A DNA stretch of 64,000 nt from an uncultured Pelagibacteraceae bacterium (GTDB taxonomy: Bacteria > Pseudomonadota > Alphaproteobacteria > Pelagibacterales > AG-422-B15), in NCBI GenBank assembly GCA_902524795.1, contig CABZEU010000002.1, forward strand, positions 32,023-96,022. The letters run 5' to 3'. Shown here one piece after another: positions 58,394-64,000 of this stretch (its first letter is position 1; every line of letters starts with the position of its first letter). A model generated the notes under the pieces. That model saw only the letters and a list, made by a program, of their open reading frames with translations, did no database searches and had not been told where the DNA came from. The translations under genes were made by a program, and so were the position numbers.

Positions 58394-59167
58394 ATGTCAG
58401 AACCTTTACTAAATGTTGAAAATATTGAAACTTTTTATGGGCCTATTATGGCAATCAGGGGTGTGAGTTTCCAAGTGCAAGAGGGATCAGTTGTAACAAT
58501 ATTAGGTTCAAATGGCGCAGGTAAGACAACAATTTTAAAGACAATTTCAGGCGCCATAGACCCTCGAAAAGGAAAAGTATTTTTGAGTGGAAGTGAAATA
58601 CAAAAGAAAGACCCAGATAAAATACTTCGATTGGGCATGAGCCATGCACCTGAAGGAAGAGAAGTGTTTCCTTACTGTTCAGTCTTAGAAAATCTTGAGA
58701 TGGGTGCTTACACTAGAATTGATAGAAAAGGAATACAGAAAGACATTGAACAGGTTTATGATTACTTCCCCATTCTAAAGGAAAGAAAAAATCAGCCTGC
58801 TGGATTACTTTCTGGAGGTGAACAGCAAATGCTTTGCATTAGTCGAGCTTTAATGAGTAAGCCAGAAATTATGCTTTTAGATGAACCTTCATTAGGTTTG
58901 TCACCAAAACTTGTTAAAGAAATTTTTGAAATTATAATCAGAATTAATAAAGAATTAAAAACAACAATATTACTGGTTGAACAAAATGCGAATATTGCAT
59001 TAAGTAACTCTGATTTTGGATACGTTTTAGAGTTAGGAAGAATAGTCATGGAAGGCAATAGCAAAGAATTGCTTGAAAAAGAAGACATTAAAGAATTTTA
59101 TCTTGGCCAACAAGATGAAGGAATAAGAGGGGAAAGACGTTGGAAAAAGAAAAAAATGTGGAGATAA
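58394..59167 (+). CDS. ABC transporter ATP-binding protein, LivF-like
   Basis: Walker A GSNGAGKTT, signature LSGGEQQML, Walker B MLLDEPS. Start overlaps or abuts the AtuA-like stop (TTG 58388 or ATG 58394). Confidence 0.85.
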   Translation: MSEPLLNVENIETFYGPIMAIRGVSFQVQEGSVVTILGSNGAGKTTILKTISGAIDPRKGKVFLSGSEIQKKDPDKILRLGMSHAPEGREVFPYCSVLENLEMGAYTRIDRKGIQKDIEQVYDYFPILKERKNQPAGLLSGGEQQMLCISRALMSKPEIMLLDEPSLGLSPKLVKEIFEIIIRINKELKTTILLVEQNANIALSNSDFGYVLELGRIVMEGNSKELLEKEDIKEFYLGQQDEGIRGERRWKKKKMWR

Positions 59168-60963
59168 ATACAATACCAAAATTATTTTGGAATTCAGTTA
59201 AATCTCGAGCAGATAGAGTGGCCATGCGAGAAAAAGATCTAGGTATTTGGCAAGAAATTTCATGGACCACATATGGAGAAAAAGCAAAACTAACTGGCTT
59301 AGCTCTCCACACACTTGGACTCGAAAAAGGTAACGTTGTATCAATTGCTAGTGAAGGAATGCCTGAGTGGCTCTATACAGATATGGGAACTATTGGTGCA
59401 GGAGGCATTTCAAGTGGAATTTATACAACAGACTCAGCTGAGCAGGTAAAGTACTTAGTAAACGATAGTTCAACAAAGTTTTATTTTGCTGAAAATGAAG
59501 AACAACTTGATAAAATTTTAGAAGTAAGAAGTGAATGTCCCACACTGAAGCAGATCATTGTTTTTGATATGGAGGGATTAAATGAATTTCATGACGATCA
59601 AGTCATTAGTTATGAAGAGTTTTTAAAAATAGGTGAAAAGGCAAATCAAGAAAAGCCTGATCTATGGGAAAGTTTAATAAACAACGTCAATTCTAGCGAT
59701 ATTGCCATCTTGGTTTACACATCTGGCACAACAGGCCCCTCCAAAGGAGCCATGATCAATCATGAAAACATACTTTATTCAATCAATACTGGTTACGACA
59801 TTTTTGAAACGATGGAACATGAAGAACAATTATCATTTCTTCCATTGTGTCACATACTGGAACGTTCAGTATCAGTTATGATACCTTTAAAAACTGGTGC
59901 TGTTGTTAATTTTGCAGAGAGTATAGATACAGTTCCTGAAAATATTCGTGAAGTCTCTCCAACTGTATTTATCGCTGTACCAAGAATATGGGAAAAGTTT
60001 TATTCATCCATTACAATCTTAATGAAAGATGCAACTTTTATAGGGAAGTATTCATATCAATTTTCAATAAACGTTGGCGCCAGATATAAGGAGTACTTTA
60101 TCGATGGTAAGATTCCTCCATTATCTCTAAAGATACTATATTGGCTCTGTAATCAATTAGTTTTAAAAAATATAAAAAAACTGCTTGGCCTCAATAATTG
60201 TCGTTACGGTTTAAGCGGAGCTGCTCCCATATCACCTGAGTTAATTAATTGGTACTTATCACTTGGTATAGATATGAGAGAGGGCTGGGGGATGACCGAA
60301 ACCTCTGGTGTGGGTACAGCCTTTTATTCACGAGAAATAAAACTTGGGCATGTAGGTAGGGCAGTCAATGATTCAGAAATTAGAATTGCGGATGATGGTG
60401 AAATCCTTTTTAGAGGACCTGGCGTTTTCTGTGGTTATTTGAATAAACCTGAACAAACAAACGAAACATTAATAGATGGATGGCTACATACAGGTGATGT
60501 CGGGGAGATGGACAATTATGGTAATATAAAAATAACAGATAGAAAAAAAGATATTATAATTACTGCTGGTGGGAAAAATATTTCTCCATCTGAAATAGAG
60601 AATGAATTAAAATTTAGCCCTTTCGTATCAGATGCAGTTGTCATAGGCGATAAAAGAAAGTTTTTATCCTGTTTAATTATGATAGATGAAGAAAACGTGA
60701 TGAAACATGCACAAGATAATGATATTCCGTTTTCAAATTTTGAAAGTTTATGCAAATCAAAGGATATTGTAGAGCTGATTGACAATGAAGTTTCTTTAGT
60801 AAACAAGAAATTTGCAAATGTAGAGCAGATAAAGAAATTTTCTCTTATCGACACACAGCTTACTGCTGAAGATGATGAGCTAACTCCAACTATGAAGCTC
60901 AAACGTAAATTTATAAACCAAAAATATAGCGATATAATTGAGAACATGTATCAATCTACTTGA
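59140..60963 (+). CDS. AMP-dependent acyl-CoA synthetase (long-chain-fatty-acid--CoA ligase-like)
   Basis: 607 aa with the YTSGTTGPSKGA AMP-binding motif, GWLHTGDVG and TPTMKLKRK. Start is TTG 59140 or GTG 59158; both overlap the LivF-like gene. Confidence 0.85.
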   Translation: MEKEKNVEINTIPKLFWNSVKSRADRVAMREKDLGIWQEISWTTYGEKAKLTGLALHTLGLEKGNVVSIASEGMPEWLYTDMGTIGAGGISSGIYTTDSAEQVKYLVNDSSTKFYFAENEEQLDKILEVRSECPTLKQIIVFDMEGLNEFHDDQVISYEEFLKIGEKANQEKPDLWESLINNVNSSDIAILVYTSGTTGPSKGAMINHENILYSINTGYDIFETMEHEEQLSFLPLCHILERSVSVMIPLKTGAVVNFAESIDTVPENIREVSPTVFIAVPRIWEKFYSSITILMKDATFIGKYSYQFSINVGARYKEYFIDGKIPPLSLKILYWLCNQLVLKNIKKLLGLNNCRYGLSGAAPISPELINWYLSLGIDMREGWGMTETSGVGTAFYSREIKLGHVGRAVNDSEIRIADDGEILFRGPGVFCGYLNKPEQTNETLIDGWLHTGDVGEMDNYGNIKITDRKKDIIITAGGKNISPSEIENELKFSPFVSDAVVIGDKRKFLSCLIMIDEENVMKHAQDNDIPFSNFESLCKSKDIVELIDNEVSLVNKKFANVEQIKKFSLIDTQLTAEDDELTPTMKLKRKFINQKYSDIIENMYQST

Positions 60964-61011
60964 TTTTAAACTGTTAAAGATTAAAATTTATTCAAATAAT
61001 CAAGGGAAATA

Positions 61012-62217
61012 ATGAAAAAATCAATATACATAACAATACTTTTGTCTGCACTTACAGTTATCTTTGTAAACTGTAGCGACACAAACAGTGCGCAAGGTGT
61101 AACAGACAATGAAATAAAGGTAGGTATGCATACAGATATTAGTGGACCTGTATCATCATTTGGCAAATATTCTGTTGACGGTGTCCAGATGAGATTTGAT
61201 GAAATTAATCAATCTGGTGGGATTAATGGAAGATTACTAACATTGATTGCAGAAGACCATCAATATCAAGTTCCAAGAGCAGTACAAGCAGCCAATAAGC
61301 TTATTAATAAAGATAATATTTTTTTGATGCTAGGTAGCTTAGGCACTGCTATGAATAATGCAGTCTTTGAGATGCAAAGTGAAAAGAATATACCTAACCT
61401 ATTTCCTCTTTCATCTGCCAGGTCAATGGTTTCACCTTTAAACAGATTAAAGTTTGGTGCACTTTCCACATATTATGATCAAGCAAGAGCCGCGGTTAAA
61501 TATTCAGTTAATGATAAAGGTAAAGACAAAATTTGTGTTCTTTATCAGGACAATGATTTCGGTCAGGAAACTTATGAAGCAACGATTGATCAATTAACTG
61601 CAATGGATATTGAACTCACTGAAAAGGCAACAAACAAACCAACTGATACAGATCTAACATCGCAAATAAACAAATTAAAGTCAGCTAATTGTGAAGCTAT
61701 AATTATGGGAACCATCGTAAAGGATACTATACTTGCTTACACAAAAGCTAGACAAATAGGCTGGGACGACGTCATAATTATTGGTCAAGTCGCAAGTTAT
61801 CATCCTGTAATTGCATCTCAGCCAAATGGAGTAACAGATGGTTTTTTAACATTTGCGCAATTTCCTTCACCTGATAAAGAAACTTGCAAAAAGCATGTAT
61901 GTGATTGGATCGAGCGCTACGAAAATATATATGGATCAACACCCAATATTGGTTCTGCGTATGGCTATATGTATGCAGATATAACGGCAAAAGCAATTGA
62001 AATAGCTGGGAATGATTTAAATACAGATACATTTATCACTGCTTTAGAAAGCATAAAAGATTACCAACTTATTTTTGGAGATGGCATACTTTCTTTTGGG
62101 CCTGAAAAACATTTAGGTTCAAATGATGCATATTTGTTTGAGGTGCAAAATGGTAAGTTTGTTCAAATAAGCGATCAAGATATTAGCGCCAGTGAACAAG
62201 AGCTTTTAATACAGTGA
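61012..62217 (+). CDS. LivK-type (branched-chain/aromatic acid family) ABC substrate-binding lipoprotein
   Basis: 401 aa with a lipobox-like TVIFVNC. ...IKVGMHTDISGP...GGINGR...EDHQY..PRAVQAANKLI is typical of the type I periplasmic binding fold. Confidence 0.78.
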   Translation: MKKSIYITILLSALTVIFVNCSDTNSAQGVTDNEIKVGMHTDISGPVSSFGKYSVDGVQMRFDEINQSGGINGRLLTLIAEDHQYQVPRAVQAANKLINKDNIFLMLGSLGTAMNNAVFEMQSEKNIPNLFPLSSARSMVSPLNRLKFGALSTYYDQARAAVKYSVNDKGKDKICVLYQDNDFGQETYEATIDQLTAMDIELTEKATNKPTDTDLTSQINKLKSANCEAIIMGTIVKDTILAYTKARQIGWDDVIIIGQVASYHPVIASQPNGVTDGFLTFAQFPSPDKETCKKHVCDWIERYENIYGSTPNIGSAYGYMYADITAKAIEIAGNDLNTDTFITALESIKDYQLIFGDGILSFGPEKHLGSNDAYLFEVQNGKFVQISDQDISASEQELLIQ

Positions 62218-63371
62218 TCAATTATTTAAAAATAATATTTATTTTTTTCTATATCAATTCAGCTTGGGCAGACCAAGGAATTTCCGATAACGAAATACTG
62301 GTCGGCATGCACACTGATTTAAGTGGACCAGCTTCAATGATTGGTAAGCAAAGTGTGGATGGCGCTAATATGAGATTTGACGAATTTAATCAAATGGGTG
62401 GCGCTCATGGAAGAATGATTAAACTTATTGTTGAGGATCATCAGTATACTGTTCCAAGAGCTGTACAGGCTTCAAATAAACTTCTTCGAAAAGACAAAGT
62501 CGCATTTATGCTCGGTTCATTAGGCACACCAATGAATAATGCTGTAATGACGGATCAATTATCAATGAATGTGCCTAATTTATTTCCATTGACTGCAGCA
62601 CGTTCAATGTTCGATCCATTTCATGAGTTAAAATTTACTTCTGGATCTACTTATTATGATCAAATTAGAACTGGAATTAAATATTTAGTTGATCAAAATG
62701 GTAGAAATAAAGTATGCGTTTTATATGAAGATACTGATTATGGTCAAGAAATACTAGATGCAGCTATTGATCAACTTGATGAAATGAATATGTCCTTAAT
62801 CGAAAAGGCATCAGCAAAACCAACAGATACAGATTTCTCATCTCAGATAAAAAAATTACAAATTGCTGGCTGTGATTTGATTGCTATGGGCACACAAATT
62901 CGTTCAACTATAATTCCCTACATTAAGGCTAAAGAAATTAATTGGAGCAACGTAGACTTCGTGGCAACATCTGCATCATACTTCTCAGTAGTTGCTGAAC
63001 AACCAAATGGCATTATGAATGGCTTATACTGTTTGAATGGCATTGTGGTTCCTTATTATGAAAATGCATCTGATTTAGAAAAAGAGTGGTGGGATAGATT
63101 TAGAGACATATATGATTACGAACCGAATTCGGGAGCAATTTATGGTTATATTTATGCTGATATTTTCATTGAAGCTATTAAAAGAGCTGGAAAAGATCTT
63201 AATGTAGAAAGTTTTGTGAATGCAATGGAATCTCTCAACAATTACGAAGACCCTCTTAAACTTGGTTCAGTTACATTCAACGCAAACCAGAGACAAGGAA
63301 GTAATATTTCCTACTTTTTTAAAGTTCAAGATGGAAGATTTGAAGTAATATCAGGTCCAATTAATTACTGA
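62214..63371 (+). CDS. LivK-type ABC substrate-binding protein, tandem paralog
   Basis: 385 aa with a GTG start overlapping the previous stop and a signal peptide ending SAWA. Roughly half of the residues look identical to 61012..62217 over the N-terminal 200 aa (by eye). Confidence 0.78.
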   Translation: MINYLKIIFIFFYINSAWADQGISDNEILVGMHTDLSGPASMIGKQSVDGANMRFDEFNQMGGAHGRMIKLIVEDHQYTVPRAVQASNKLLRKDKVAFMLGSLGTPMNNAVMTDQLSMNVPNLFPLTAARSMFDPFHELKFTSGSTYYDQIRTGIKYLVDQNGRNKVCVLYEDTDYGQEILDAAIDQLDEMNMSLIEKASAKPTDTDFSSQIKKLQIAGCDLIAMGTQIRSTIIPYIKAKEINWSNVDFVATSASYFSVVAEQPNGIMNGLYCLNGIVVPYYENASDLEKEWWDRFRDIYDYEPNSGAIYGYIYADIFIEAIKRAGKDLNVESFVNAMESLNNYEDPLKLGSVTFNANQRQGSNISYFFKVQDGRFEVISGPINY

Positions 63372-63384
63372 AAACGGTATCAAC

Positions 63385-63999
63385 TTGACAAAAAGTGCTG
63401 TCTTAATTGCAAACGGTGAAGTTTCAAAAATTCAATACGTAAAAAGTATTATAGATAGTAATAATCTCTTTATCAGCATTGATGCTAAATTAGAAAATTT
63501 AAAGAAACTAGGCATCAAACCTAATTTAATACTTGGAGATCTTGATACCGCATCCATTGATAATCTTGATAGCAATACAAAAGTAGTTAAACTGTATGAT
63601 CAGTGCAAAACGGATCTAGAAAAGACACTAGATTATTGCATTTCTCAAAATATTCATAATTTATATATTCTTGGCGCAACAGGTGAACGAGACGATCACA
63701 ACTTAGCCAACATTATGATCGCTCAACAATATTCAGATTCTCTAAATATTGAAATAGTTACAAATTACTATCAGATATCTTTTGTTAATGGAAGTAAAGA
63801 AATTTTAGGAAAGAAATACAGAAATTTATCCATGATCTCTTCGATTGATGATAACAAAATCACAACATCAGGTCTTCAATACAATTTATCAGATCAAAAA
63901 TTAGATTCTTTTTCTCACGGTATAAGTAATCGAATTATTTCTGATAAATGTTTGATTAAATCTGAGGAAAAACTAATTTTATTTGTGGAAATAGAATGA
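63385..63999 (+). CDS. thiN: thiamine pyrophosphokinase
   Basis: 204 aa. VLIANGE..., LILGDLDT, KTDLEK and ILGATGERDDH match the TPK catalytic domain pattern. TTG start. Confidence 0.7.
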   Translation: MTKSAVLIANGEVSKIQYVKSIIDSNNLFISIDAKLENLKKLGIKPNLILGDLDTASIDNLDSNTKVVKLYDQCKTDLEKTLDYCISQNIHNLYILGATGERDDHNLANIMIAQQYSDSLNIEIVTNYYQISFVNGSKEILGKKYRNLSMISSIDDNKITTSGLQYNLSDQKLDSFSHGISNRIISDKCLIKSEEKLILFVEIE

Positions 64000-64000
64000 C

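Noticed and set aside
1-64000. CRISPR arrays, long tandem repeats, IS elements, prophage or known defence-system genes.
   Set aside because: None noticed on reading through both strands. All long ORFs are accounted for by housekeeping, transport or metabolic families or by orphan small proteins. This is a visual scan only, so short or degenerate dispersed repeats cannot be excluded.

Overview
This is an AT-rich, extremely gene-dense chromosomal segment with about 70 genes in 64 kb. Most intergenic gaps are under 50 nt and many genes overlap by 1-32 nt. I saw no rRNA, transposase, integrase, phage genes or CRISPR array. The gene content (lptD/lptF/lptG, Hda-like protein, NDUFA12-like plus DUF2155-like pair, DUF1192-like protein, long class II RNR) and the streamlining suggest a marine alphaproteobacterium of the SAR11/Pelagibacterales type. 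That assignment is an inference from composition and gene order only.

Positions 1 to 43.7 kb are housekeeping: fabD-fabG-acpP-fabF-gmk; rsmA-surA(short)-lptD-lptG-lptF; pepA-ndk; purN-purM; pgsA-hda; rnd; aspS; nrdJ; accC-accB-aroQ-bepA-like-rne; mrcA-prfB-asmA-like; tyrS; anmK; and cysE-iscR-sufBCDS-sufU-msrB-sufT. This part ends at tRNA-Lys(UUU), 43770..43845.

Right of the tRNA the character changes to short, strand-flipping units, many without assignable function:
- a membrane/zinc-ribbon trio;
- an SDR gene divergent from five back-to-back genes for 97-126 aa single-domain proteins (GYD, SnoaL/NTF2, cupin, two alpha+beta-barrel-like);
- two distant paralogs of a tandem alpha+beta-barrel-like protein, one cytosolic and one exported;
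- a secreted HExxH protein;
- msrA, diaminopropionate ammonia-lyase-like, cfa, and a desaturase plus flavin reductase;
- a translationally coupled AtuA-like/LivF/acyl-CoA-ligase unit followed by two tandem LivK-type binding proteins.

The ORF track misses or mis-splits several things:
- the programmed +1 frameshift of prfB;
- single-base homopolymer frameshifts that split fabG (A8) and rne (G8);
- the tRNA;
- three small ORFs of 37-57 aa;
- an IscR type-1-like operator upstream of the cysE-iscR-suf operon.

I cannot point to a recognisable defence, mobile or biosynthetic system. The best novelty candidates are the SDR plus five-small-protein divergon and the associated family of strong-SD alpha+beta-barrel-like genes in the region flanking the tRNA. 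All fold and function calls for these are inferences from motif patterns read by eye. No searches were run.
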